Shown here one piece after another: positions 36,114 through 48,300 of a stretch of DNA of 64,000 nt. The position numbers were made by a program, and so were the translations under genes. Numbering within the stretch: the first letter of the stretch is position 1; each line of letters opens with the position of its first letter. The notes beneath the pieces are model-generated. The model had not been told where the DNA came from. It searched no databases and saw only the letters and a program-made list of their open reading frames with translations. This stretch comes from Macrostomum lignano (Eukaryota): positions 62,001 to 126,000 of the forward strand of contig NIVC01001350.1 in the NCBI GenBank assembly GCA_002269645.1. The letters run 5' to 3'.

Positions 36114-39100
36114 ATGAACGACAAAAGACCGTCAGGGAAGCGAAAGCTCAGCGATGCCGCACTAGTATCGTTGTCATCTTCATCATCAACTTCACCTGCA
36201 GAGCTTGCCGAGCCAGCCATCAAGACTTCCAAGCCGGCTATGACTGCTGCGACGGTTGCCAGCAAAGGCCCAGTTCAGTTTGGCTGGCAGAACGGGCTGA
36301 AGTCAGCCATGCAGGCGGACGGACAAGCGCTGTTCTCGGACGATGTCTGCGTTATAATAGCAGACAAATATCCGAAGGTAATTTTCTTATTGTTTAGTTT
36401 TATATTAGTAAATAATAATAACTAGCATTGGAATTGGCAAGGTATATATCTTTTTGCAAGCCATTTGATGTTGAGAGCAAGCGATTTAATAATCAGTGGG
36501 GAAACCCAGGGCTAAATGATAGATTTCTCAGTACCATGGGCTTTGGAGCAACCAATTTAATAATCCGAGCACCCATTTAGTCATTTCCAGTGCTACTTGT
36601 GTCGCATTGGCTGCAAATAGACGCTCGAATTCAACATGGTAGAAGACGAGGAAGCCAGCGAGCTTTTTGAAGAAGACGGAGAAGCTTTGTCACTTCTGAG
36701 GAGAGCAAAATCATGCAGCACCGTGGCTCCACTGTTGACGCCTTCAGATTATTGACCGAGTTGAGCAGCTCCTCGATGAACACCTGTAATAGGTTGGCAG
36801 TCGGTGTTTGGCTCACGATCTTATGGTGAACCAGGCCAAGATCCGGTGAAACCTCCTGGATGATTTTCATCAACATAGATCAGATGACATTCTAAAGTCA
36901 GATCAGTCAGCCACTGTGCCAATTCCTGCCTCCGTGCTATGTTCTCTGGCAAGTTCCACACCACCGGCATGTCCGCATCTCTTCCCAGGCACTTCAGAGT
37001 GATTAACTGCTTGTCTAGGCTTTTGCTTATTGTGGCTTCCCTCGAGACCATGGTGTTCTGCAAATTTCTTAGCGTCAACAGTGAAGCCATGGTGCTGCAT
37101 GATCTTGCTCTTCTAGCGCTTCATCAGCAGTGACAAAGCTTTCTCCGTCTTCTACTACAGTGTATGTTGAATGCATCCAGCCAATGCGGCACAAGTAACA
37201 CTGGAAATGACTAACTAGGTGCTCGGATTATTAAATTGGTTGCTCCAAAGCCCATGGTTTGGACCATTGAGTACTGAGAAATCCATCATTTAGCGCTGGG
37301 TTTCCCCACTGATTATTAAATTGCTTGCTCGTAGTATTAAATGGCGTGCAAAAAGTTATATTAACCGCATATTAAACGCTTCTCACGCTTATTTAGTCAC
37401 CACCAAGACGTCATCGGGATGATGCCTGATTGTTTGAGAGGCCAGTTGATGATGTCAATGAGTTGAGCTTTGCCAAATAACGAGGTTTGAGCAGTGAACT
37501 CGGCAACAGGGTGTCCATAGTCACCTGGTGCCATCTGTTGAATGTCCGCAAGCTCTGCCTGGGTAAAACCTGTTGGTCGCGAAAGTCCTAGATAATGCAG
37601 ACACATAGTGTAGTCGACGTGATGATGAAATTTGGAGGCTTGACAAAGCCGCAGTGGGGCGCAGAGCTGATTGGTGCATTGAGATCTACTGAATCTGCTC
37701 TTGTTTGAGGTGTTCAACAAAAATTTAAGCCGTTTTCTTGAACTTTGCGTGCCTGGTTTGCTTCGTTTTGGCGCAGCAAAAAATTGTCTCCACAATTCTC
37801 TCGTGGTACAAAATTTTAAACGCTCAAATTTTCACCTTGTCGGAACTCGTAAAATTTCTAGCTAGCAAGTGACAATTTTTAGATAGCAGGAGTGACAATT
37901 TCTAGATAGTACGAGTGACAATTTCTAGATAGCAGGAGTGACAATTTCTAGCTAGCGAAAGTGACAATTTCTAGATAGCAGGAGTGACAATTTCTAGATA
38001 GCAGGAGTGACAATTTCTAGATAGCAGGAGTGACAATTTCTAGCTAGCGAAAGTGACAATTTCTAGATAGCAGGAGTGACAATTTCTAGATAGCAGGAGT
38101 GACAATTTCTAGATAGCAGGAGTGACAATTTCTAGATAGCAGGAGTGACAATTTCTAGATAGCAGGAGTGACAATTTCTAGCTAAAGTGAGTGTGTGGCG
38201 CTAAAAGTGCCTGTGGCGCTAAAGTGACTGTGGCGCTAAAATGGTGGGGGGGAGTGTCTGTGGCCTAAAATATGGAGGCGACATGCCGTGCTTGTCCCCC
38301 TAAACCTTGTGCCCGTCGTGGAAATGACCTAATACTTGGCGCAAAATGAGTGCCTGCGGCGCTAAAATGAGTGTCTGTGGCGCTAAAATGAGTGCCTGTG
38401 GCGCTAAAGTGAGTGTCTGTGGCGCTAAAATGAGTGCCTGTGGCGCTAAAGTGAGTGTCTGTGGCGCTAAAATGAGTGCCTGTGGCGCTAAAATGAGTTG
38501 TGGCGCTAAAATGCCTGGGCGCTAAAATGAGTTCCTGCGGCTGCCTGCGCGCTAAAATGAGTGCCTGCGGTGCCAAAATGAGAGCCTGCGGCGCTAAATT
38601 GAGTGCCTGCGGTGTATGTATAAATGAGCGCTGACAACACCGATTCTCAAAATAATGTACATGTACAAATTTAGTCATGCAAGATAAATAAAAGTAAGAA
38701 TCAACATAAATTGTATTTATTTAGTTTTATTGCCGATGCATTTCGTTCATTTGCATGAGGACATCGTCAGGGTCTTTTTATTTAAGAAACAATTTGAACG
38801 AATTTTCAGTATATAAGAAGATAGTTGAGAGTAACAAGAGTAATTTAATTGAGTTTTTAATTGATGGTTTAAAACTTGTACATTTTAGTCAATTTTTTTA
38901 TACAGTATTGATTGGGCTGTTTGGTCTTAATGTACAGGGCTTCTAATAGGCAGAGCATGTAATCTCTATTACAAAAATCAATAGTCTTTATCATTTCGTG
39001 TGGTTCAGCCTCACAACAAGATCTGCAGGTTAGCAGGTGTTCATTAATAGCAGAGTTTTTTAGCTAGTGCTCTCTGACCCTCGTGTATAAGTGTCGTTTA

Positions 39101-40906
39101 GTTTTTCCTATGTAGGAGATGCTCTGGTCCTCAGAGCAAACAAATTTATACACGACACCAGCCGCGAGAGGACGTAGAACACTGGATTTCAACTTGCAGA
39201 CGAACTTAGCAATCTTTTCGGTGCGAAACACAACACGGATTTGAGTGTTTAAGTCTTTACGGAGCAGCTTTTCTAACTTCTTTTTAAACTCTATAGAACA
39301 AACACCAAAGTAAGGCAAAGTGATCAAGGGACATTCAGAGGTGGAATCACAAACTTTCATCCGAGTAGGTTCAGTCAGTTTGTCATTGAGAAAAGAGTTG
39401 ACAATTTTCATCACAAAGTTCTTAGGATAGCCATTGTAGCTGAGCAGATTGGTGAGGATTTCAACTTCGTTGTGGAAAAGTCTCCAAGAGCTGCAAGTGG
39501 AAAAAGCCCGGTGAAGAAAGCATCGAATCAATCCGGTTTTCCATTGTCTAGGGCACAAGGCGTCAAACCTAAGCATAAGTCATGCAAGTGTATATGCTGA
39601 ATTCTTGGCTTTGTCCTCTCACCATAAAATCCATGGCGACGCGAGTGAAAATTTAATTTTCTCGTGAAAACGAACCCCAAAAGATGCTTCGACCATCCAA
39701 CTCTCTCCGCTTCACTTGTGTTTTCAGGCTCGTCATCACTACCTGGTGCTGCCCAAGCGGCAAATTGATTCGCTGGCACAGCTGCAACGCTCGGATGCGT
39801 CAATGCTGAAGCGCATGCTCGCTGCGGCTGAGAGTTTCATTGCCGGTAAGCCGAACTCGCAGTGCTAGCTGTTCTCTGTTTTTGTTTGTAATTACAGCTC
39901 TAACAACAACGGTATGCTTTTCTGTGTATTTTCCACACCGCTGCATGGCCATTTCAGAAAATAATCTGCTGCCAAAAGGCTTTCGTTTCGGATTTCATGC
40001 GGTCCCAAGTATGAGGTGAGAGCTGGGGGGGGGGGGTTAAGCATCAGAATCAGAGTACCTGCTGGCATCTCCTCTGTCCAAATTAGGATTTAAACTTCAC
40101 TCAAACAGTACAAAATCAAAACAAATTTGTTTTCTTTAATAGTTTTATTCGTGAATTGTTCTTGTCCATCTTCTTTATTCATATTTGTAACACAAAAATA
40201 AGCCTAGGGTGCGTGATTAATTCGCAACTTTAAATGGTCTCTGCAATCGAAGAGGAGAAGCTCTTTTTAAAGCAGTAGAAAGATGAATGGTGTTATCAAC
40301 ATTTCCGAGCCGTTTTCGACTACATTAGTCATCTTCAGGGCGATTGACAGTTTCTTTAAGTTTTATGTAATTAATTAGGCTTAAACAAAAAAATAACTTT
40401 CAATTAGCAAAGGATTGGCTGTACATTCGAAGTGTGCATGTCAGGGACGGGCAGAAAAGTCCGGTAGGTGGCCAAGTGAGTTCTCACCGACCTGTAGAAT
40501 ATCTGAATCTTCTAATTTATCTTGCTCTAACACCCGCAGCCAGCTTCACATGCACGTCATCAGCCAGGACTTTGTGTCAACCTGTCTGAAGACCAAGAAG
40601 CACTGGCTGTCATTCACTACAGAATTTTTCTTAGACTGTAGTCTGCTGCTACAGCTGCTGGAATCCGCGGACAGCAGTCAGGTGGCTTCAACTGTGGAGG
40701 AGCCGCGGCAGCATCGTCAGCAGCACTTGATCAGCAGCGGTCGACTCGGCATTCGCGGCAGCGGTCACTCGGCCAGTTTGGCCATAGACAGGGCCTGGTT
40801 CTCCAGCCTGAGCAAGGCTGGCGAGCTCAAGTGCAACCAGTGCGCCCGTGTGGCCAAAAACATGCCCGACTTGAAGGCGCACTTGGCTGGGCACGAGAGG
40901 ACGTGA
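36114..40906 (+). CDS. APTX: Aprataxin (HIT domain plus C2H2 zinc finger)
   Basis: Exons 36114-36377 (WQNGLKSAMQ...VIIADKYPK), 39728-39845 (ARHHYLVLPK), 39958-40015 (FRFGFHAVPSM), 40540-40906 (SQLHMHVISQDF...KTKKHWLSFTTEFF...CNQC...LKAHLAGH). All introns are GT-AG with consistent phases; the true start may lie further upstream. Confidence 0.93.
36441..37366 (-). mobile_element. Internally deleted IS630/Tc1/mariner-like element with long (about 160 bp) TIRs, in APTX intron 1
   Basis: 36441-36605 is mirrored by about 37190-37366. Internal minus-strand remnants RQELAQWL...HLIYVDE and VSPDLGLVHHKI resemble DDE_3-type transposases. Confidence 0.6.
37861..38183. repeat. Minisatellite, 23-bp unit, about 14 copies
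   Basis: GACAATTTCTAGATAGCAGGAGT, with a variant GACAATTTCTAGCTAGCGAAAGT. Confidence 0.95.
38185..38612. repeat. Minisatellite, 21-bp unit
   Basis: GTGGCGCTAAAATGAGTGCCT repeated and degenerating at both ends. Confidence 0.9.
38733..38773 (-). ncRNA. Minimal type I hammerhead ribozyme motif 3' of the Penelope-like ORF
   Basis: Minus strand: CC CUGACGA U GU(CC)UCAU-GCAA-AUGAAC GAAA UGCA UC GG. GNRA-capped helix II, palindromic helix III AUGCAU, AUC cleavage triplet, followed by AATAAA. Confidence 0.7.
38890..39690 (-). mobile_element. 5'-truncated Penelope-like element (RT thumb plus GIY-YIG endonuclease)
   Basis: WKTGLIRCFLHRAFSTCS...LSYNGYPKNF, LPYFG, GVVYKFVC...SYIGKTKRHLYTRVREH, and past a stop at 39064, SAINEHL...LEALYIKTKQP. 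Confidence 0.88.
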
Positions 40907-42310
40907 TTCGGGCGATGATTTGCATGCATCAGAAAGGTGGACTGCTGATATAGAAGTCAGTCCAAATTATTTTTATCTCATACTGTACAATTTGTCACTA
41001 GCTGTAGTAGCTCCTATACAGTGCAGTCCAAAACGCGCTTTGGAATTCGAATACCGAAGGCTAGTATAGCTGGTTAGTAACATGAACCAAGCTTTTGTCA
41101 GAAATTTCCTAATTCCCAATATGAAACTCATGTACAAGTACATACATGGCTTCTTAATAGCCTAGAGCTTTCGATTTATACATGCAGATAAAATTAATAA
41201 AAAATCCCTTTGCTCTTATTTAGACGTTTGCATTTTAACTTGTCTTGTTAACAAGCCCCGAATTAATTCTTTATCTATCTTGTTAATTCTTTAACAAGAC
41301 AAGTGCGCTTCTTACACTAAGTAGTTCCTGAGTTGTCCATTGTTCGTATCAGATGGATTTAAAACCGGTTTTAGGTAAATTAATGCAATACGTACATGTG
41401 TCAGCGTAAAACACCCGGTCTTTTTTCGCGAAAGCTAGTTGCTCCGTTGCTCTGTCAGCTTGCAGTTTTTGCTGCAATCGTTTCTTTGCTGTAAAATTCT
41501 TGTTTCAATTAACCAAATAAACGGAATTTCGCATTGGGCTTGCATTTTTTATCACACAACAGCACAAAATCTGTGTGCGAAATATTCACGCGTCTTCATG
41601 TACATGCAATGTAATGTCTTGTATTTTAAACACTGATCATCAATTTAAATTTTCTTGTTTTAGCATAAACGTGTTATGATACGCGGGGCGGATCCGGTAT
41701 TTTTTGGGGGGTTCAACTGATCCCCTAGCTCTTTAGCTGTGAGAAAATTTAAAACGTGTTTCAAAACATGTTTTACTTTTTTGCTACGAACTAGATTTAT
41801 GCTAATTTATAATTGAGACTTGGGATTTTCCGGTTCCCCAGCGCGCCATGATCCCTAAATTTTTTCAGTAGATTGAGCAAATCATCATGATTGATTTTTG
41901 GATGGGTAGCCTGAGCCTGGCACTACGGTTGATAAAGTATTTGGAAAGCATCTAAATTAACGAGATAAATTTCCGTTAGTTTTCTAAGAAAAGCTCTAAA
42001 TGGCGTACAATCGAAATGCTTTAGTAGCGCAAATTTCCAGCGAGCGCAACCACTGAGCCCTGACCTGAGCTATTTAAGTAAATTTTAGGACGATAAACGT
42101 TGTAGAGATTGCTGGTTGGAAGACCTCAATTGTATTGAAAACTGCATTATAAAGTTTTTTGATATTTCTTTACTTTAGTTTAGTCGCCGAGCGGTTTCGC
42201 ACTCTAGTCTAATTCTAAATATTGTGTAAAATTATAATAATTATATATAATTATAACTTTGCAAGCTTTAAAAGCACACTAAACAATAAGCATAGGCTTA
42301 ATATACTAAA

Positions 42311-45300
42311 ATGAGTGATGACAATGAACAAAACCTTCTCAACTATAAGCTACAGTTGCAACAGGTAAAAATTTTGCATTGGCCATTACATTATTAGGCA
42401 TTAAGATTATAGAATTTTAATTGGGACTTGATAATGGCCTAGCTATACTAGGCCTATTTTATACTTCTTAACCTTGTCCTTAAGCCTCTAGACTATACAG
42501 TATACAGCTTATATGCTTTAATTATTTGAGCCAGTGAAGCATTTTTTTATTTATTTAATTTTTTTTATTAGTGGCAGGGGGGTTGTGTGCACCCTGGTGC
42601 ACTTTAAGCAACATAGGCACACAACTGGTAAGAGGCATTACTGCCCATTCCGTGGACTCCCTTGAGCAAGAATACAAGTGCGCGGATATGTACACAGGGT
42701 TTATGGAATTTTCGTCAACATTTTTTTCGTTAACTTGGTTGACGAATGTTCCAAATCTTCCACTGCCTGTTGACAAAAGTTCCACAGCCAGACTGAAGGC
42801 ATCGGAGAACTGCCTTTGTGCACAATTTATTGCGTACGCTATATTGCATATTCAACATGTGTTGATTGCCATTACGCAATGTTGTTGTGCGTTACAATCT
42901 GAGCATGAACTAGCTAGCAGATGTACATGACTCACGAGTTGGTACATAAACAGTAAAAAGTAAAATGTGGTGCGACTGGCAGGTTGAATTCCCGCCAAGT
43001 AATTATTGGACAATAAAGTTTAATAAATTTACTTAATACATATCATATAAGTTAAAGTGGCACCCAGTTGACAAAAATTCCACATTTCTTATTGGTAGTT
43101 GACAAAGATTCCATTGTTCCTATTGGCAGTTGACGAACATTCCAACTACCAATGAATTTTCATCAACTCTCAGTTGACGAAAAAAGTTGACGAAAATTCT
43201 AGGATCTTGTACATAGGCATACACTCACACAGAGGAGTATACAGCAGCCCTAACTTTATTTGATCGCTAGGTATCTTCACTGCGCCTTGGGGGGTTGGCT
43301 CTCAAGGCCGTTAATTGCACGAGCAAAGCCAAGCCAAGATTCCAATTCAGCTCCAAGTTAATGTGACTGCACTTGGAATCGAGCCTGGGTCACTGGCACA
43401 CCAGAGCAGCTACACTACTGCTGGGCTATGCCCTCCAAACTTCATTTATTTAATAGTTTACTTTTTTATTCTTTGATAAGTAAGACAATTTGGCAGTTTT
43501 CCTCTTTTGTTTATTGATTTTTTCATTTGAAATAAAACAATTTTGACATGAAGTTATTGAACATAATAAAAGTAAAGCCTTGCAACTTTCCTAATACTCA
43601 AAAAAACTTGGAGCAACTTAGAACTCAGAACAACTGTCTATATAGCCTATAGTTAAAACTAAAATATAAGGCTTAAATTGAGGGAGAAATAGAATTTTAA
43701 GTAAACAACTTCAGAGTTTCAATTTTAAATTTTAGCGTAACTCATATAGTTCAGCTTGGCTACCAGTCACTTTGGGCTTGGCAACAAGATATTTTGGCAA
43801 TATACATTTTGGCGACAAGGCATTTCGGTGACAGTCAGTCACTTTGGCAACAATGTTAGGCCATTTTGGAAAATTCTCTGGTATAACTAATTTATGGACT
43901 TGGACTTGGACTTAGACTTGGAGTAATGTAGGCCCTAATCTTGATATTTGCTAATTTCTGGAATGGACTACCCATTTTATGTACTTAAAGCAAACTGGAA
44001 ATTTAATGTATTAAAATCAATGATAAAAGTTCTAAATTGGACATTGGTTCGGTTCCAACTCTGTATAATATAATCTATTCATAGACATAGTCCAACAGTC
44101 TAGAAGTCCTCAAAATATATCAATTTAACAAAATAAAGAAGCAGCTACTGCTTGATACTTTAATGGTCAGATTACTTTATAGCTTCTTTATTATATTGTA
44201 TTTTATAATGACTTTTATTGAATTTAAAATTGATACATTTTTCAACTGTTTTAACGAAGTATTTAACAAAGTACATGGTCATGGCTTATTTATATATTAA
44301 ATAAGCTTATTTATATAGTCCATTTTACCCTTGGAATAAATGAAAAAATATATTAAAAACTTATTCTTTGCCTCATATTCATATGCAGCTTTTGCTGAAA
44401 TGTCTCACTCTTTCTTTGTCCCCAATTTGACAATTACTGTTGCCAAAAAATTCATTTGTCCTAAAATTGTTGCCAAAGTGACTAGTAGCCATTCAGCTCA
44501 AGTCAGTTAGAAGAGATATGCACAATCCAGAAAAGGATAGGCTTTATTACCAAAAACATTCTAAGAATATATCTTATACTATTACTATTATACTATTATT
44601 ATACTATTATACTACTACTATTATACTATTATAATATAAACTCTTTGAAATGCCATAGGCATAAGAACAATTTGAAAAGTGAAAGGCTATAACCCATTAT
44701 CCCTTATTGCAGTGCATAGCTTAGGTGCATCAGATGTCTGCCTTAACTGCATTATAATAATATAATAGATACTAGATAGGGGGAGAGTGCTTTGTGCTTT
44801 TTAGCCTCCTATTTCTTTGCCATGCTGCATTGCATCTCCTACTGCTTTGCCATGCTGTGCCACACCTATCACCTCTTGTTGCCTCACTATGCTATGCCAT
44901 GCCAAGCAATGCCAAGAGTAAAAAATAAGCAAAAAGTTTATTTTTTGTATTTAAAACATGGAGAGACCAGATACTATTATTGCCATGGCCTTATTGTCCC
45001 CCTGTTCCTATGCCTATGCAAGATACAACTCAAACAAAGCTTGACTTTTACTATGTATAGCTCATAAATTTTCTTTATAGTGTGCCCATGTCTTTTCAAT
45101 GAGGTTTATATATATATATATTTATATATATATATATATATATATCCATATAGTTGGATCTTGAAGATTGATAAAGGCAAGCTAATGGTTGACAATATTA
45201 TGATTCTGAAGCTATATATATGCTTGCTATCTATCAGTTACCTAGAGAGTATATTAAGCATAACTGTTGGTTTGCAATAAGATGGTAAGTTATTATCTAG

Positions 45301-48300
45301 TTAACTACTATGTCTTGAGATATTGCTGTGGTAGTGAGCTCCCACATAGTAAAATGAAGGTTGCATAGCTCAAATATAGGATGCATTTCCCCAGGAGGTA
45401 CAATAAATATTGGTGCTGCTAGGTATTGCAATTAAAGAGCTTAGCTTAATTGATTTAGAAGTGGGCTTAGGTATAGAAGCTATTTACTCTTATCATTCCC
45501 AATCCTTTTTGAGCCTTACAGTTTTGACCATAAACAGTTGTAATAAGTTCATGTCAATTCTGCCTTATTTTTGGCACAGTTTTGAACATCTCATTTTTCT
45601 GGGTATTAGAAAGGTCTTGTTGGCCTATTTTTATCATTTTCCAACATTTAATGTCCCCGCCTGGCTGTCGTAATCCGGTTTTCATCTGGCCTCGTCCGGT
45701 TTAACCCATTTTAGGGGGGTGTTTCCGGACCAAAAAGATGTTGATCCGGTTTTGATCCGGTTTTTGTTTCCGGACCAAAAACTGGGCCGAAATCTGGAGT
45801 AAAGCTGGATGAAAGAGTTCTCTTTGTGACTCTTTTCATCTGGTTTTTTATCCGGTTGACTCGTCGATTAAACTCGAACAATCAGCCAGATTGAAAACCG
45901 GATGAAAACCGGAAGAAAGCATACTTTGGTCCAGAATTTCGTCCAGTTTTACATCCATCCATTGACCCGCCAAAAGCCGGATAAAGACCGATGCACGAAA
46001 CGGAAGAAGTCCGGATGAAATACCGAGTTCAGAAAGGGGACTTGGATTTTTTATGAGTATGTAATTTGCAAGACCGTGTTGAGTTGTTATTAGGTAAAGA
46101 AATATGTAATGAGTGACCAGTGTGACCACTGCTGTGTTATTTGTGTTTTTCTGTGCTTTTTGAAAATAGCTGTGTTATTGTGTTTTTTAAGAAGTCATCC
46201 CTTTTCTGTGTTAAACTTAAATAAACAGCCCAATTTAGCTTTTTCTTGTGTTTTTATATTTTCTACCTGGGTGGAAAGCAACTGGCAGTAGCAAGGAAGG
46301 CCACTAGCCCAGACAAATAAGGGGTAATACCATTTCAATCTATCCCTACAACGTATGATTGATGATGATGTCGATTTAAGATGAAAATGTGCTGCTTGAA
46401 TTAGCTGGAATGAATTAAAACGAGAATTGCTATTTGGACAATAAGTAAGCATTGGCAAAATTGCTATAGTGAATGTTTTTCACTTTTTCTTCATTTAAGT
46501 AGCTGCTGTGTTTTGGTCTATTGGTCACGAATCAAATATGTAGCGCCTAGGGGTCTTAAGAGCATGTGCTCGATTAGACAGTAGCATATCATGAGGACAA
46601 AAATTCCTCAAAAATTCTGCAGTATGTAAAGTGCACGATGTACCCATCGCCTGCAATCTGTACATCATGGTGGGTGTTTTAGAACAGTAACGTTACTTAA
46701 CGTTACTAACGTGTACAGTAATCACTGTTCTGCAGATAGGTAATATCGCCCTCTGGTCTGCATTTCTGGTTTTCTGTTGACACTTTCTGTTTCACTCCCA
46801 GTATGGAAAAATGTATATGTCGCTATTTTTTCTGTTGTCCCCAATTTTATAAGCGAGTTTTTTTTCTGCGCCTGTTTCTTCGTATAGCTGGAAGTTTTTC
46901 TTCTGTGAAATTTCTAGTTTTTCTGCCTGGTACTAATTTGTAGCCGTCCAAAAGACTGTGTCGTCTCATTCTCCATTTCTCCTGATTTGTCCACCCAATG
47001 TGAAGTTTTGCCATTCTATTTTTGACTCAAGCATGTCTTGTGTATTTGCATTTTTAGCGACATGCAACTTTAACAATTATCTTCAGTTTCAATATATTCA
47101 GCTTCCACTACTCTATCCAGCACAGTGAATTAGAGGTTGGCCACCCTCTGTGCAAGTGCAATATACCTTGCTTTCTTTGAGGTGTTTTCAGCAATTTGTT
47201 TTCTTACGTTTTCAAAAGATTTCGTCTTGTTGTCAACCTTACTTGGTTCTTTAACATGTCATCTGCTTTACCATCCGGTAGACATGTGCATACATTTGAT
47301 CTGGCATTCATCCGGAATCTTGTCCGGTTTCTCATCTGGTGGAGGCGTGCATACATTTGATCTGGCATTCATCCGGAATTTTGTCCGGTTTCTCATCCAG
47401 TGGAGGCGTGCATACATTTGATCCGGCATTCATCCGGAATTTCGTCCGGTTTCTCATCCGGTGGAGGCGTGCATACATTTGATCCGGCATTCATCCGGAA
47501 TTTGCTCCGCCCTGTTCTCCGCGGCTTTCCGGATAGCTTCCCGGATGAATTTCCGGACTAATGTTGGTTGAACACCCGGATGAAAGGTCAAATATGCATG
47601 TTTTCATCCAGTTTGTAAACTTTTCATCTGGCTCTCATCCGGTTTTTAAATGGGACATTTGTATTACGTACCGGATGAAATTCCGGATGTCGCTCCGGAT
47701 GAAAACCGGATTACGACAGCCAGGCGGGTCAATGTCACAATTGTTTTCAAAAAAATAATTTAACTCTTAAAAAGTGTACAGGAATTTAGTAATTGAAATA
47801 AGAGAAACTACAAAATTAACATTAATATTAAATGCAAAGTCATTTCATACATATTAAAATTAAAATTTACATAGAGTAGGCATATCTCAAAAGGTTAGCT
47901 AGTCAAACTATGAGGATCCAATAAATCTCAATATTGGGCAACTATATTGTTATGTCTTCTTCTCCGACGTGGAGCTGCTACATTTAAGTAAGAAGACAAT
48001 GGTTCGCTTAAGCAGTTCGAGCTATCGTTTTGCTCCGGTTGATACAAACTCCTCTTGGGATTAATCTTGTAACTACTTTATTATAAAATAATGGGTTGTG
48101 CCCTAGACAACAAAACATTGGGCTGGGCATACTCTGTGTCTTCTCTGCTAATATACAACATTCCCCCTTTTGTCAATAAAACGTTGCATTGTCAGTTATC
48201 CGGAATTATTCACTGTATTGCAACCAATCCGGTTTTCTCAATTTGCTTCTTGAAATTGCGCAGGGGCTGATGCCAGACCCATTGTTAGTCGCTCGTATTG

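Noticed and set aside
27726-43436. Functional tRNA genes at the B-box matches (27726-27742, 43375-43385, about 4145)
   Set aside because: No complete cloverleaf could be built; treated as SINE heads or chance matches.
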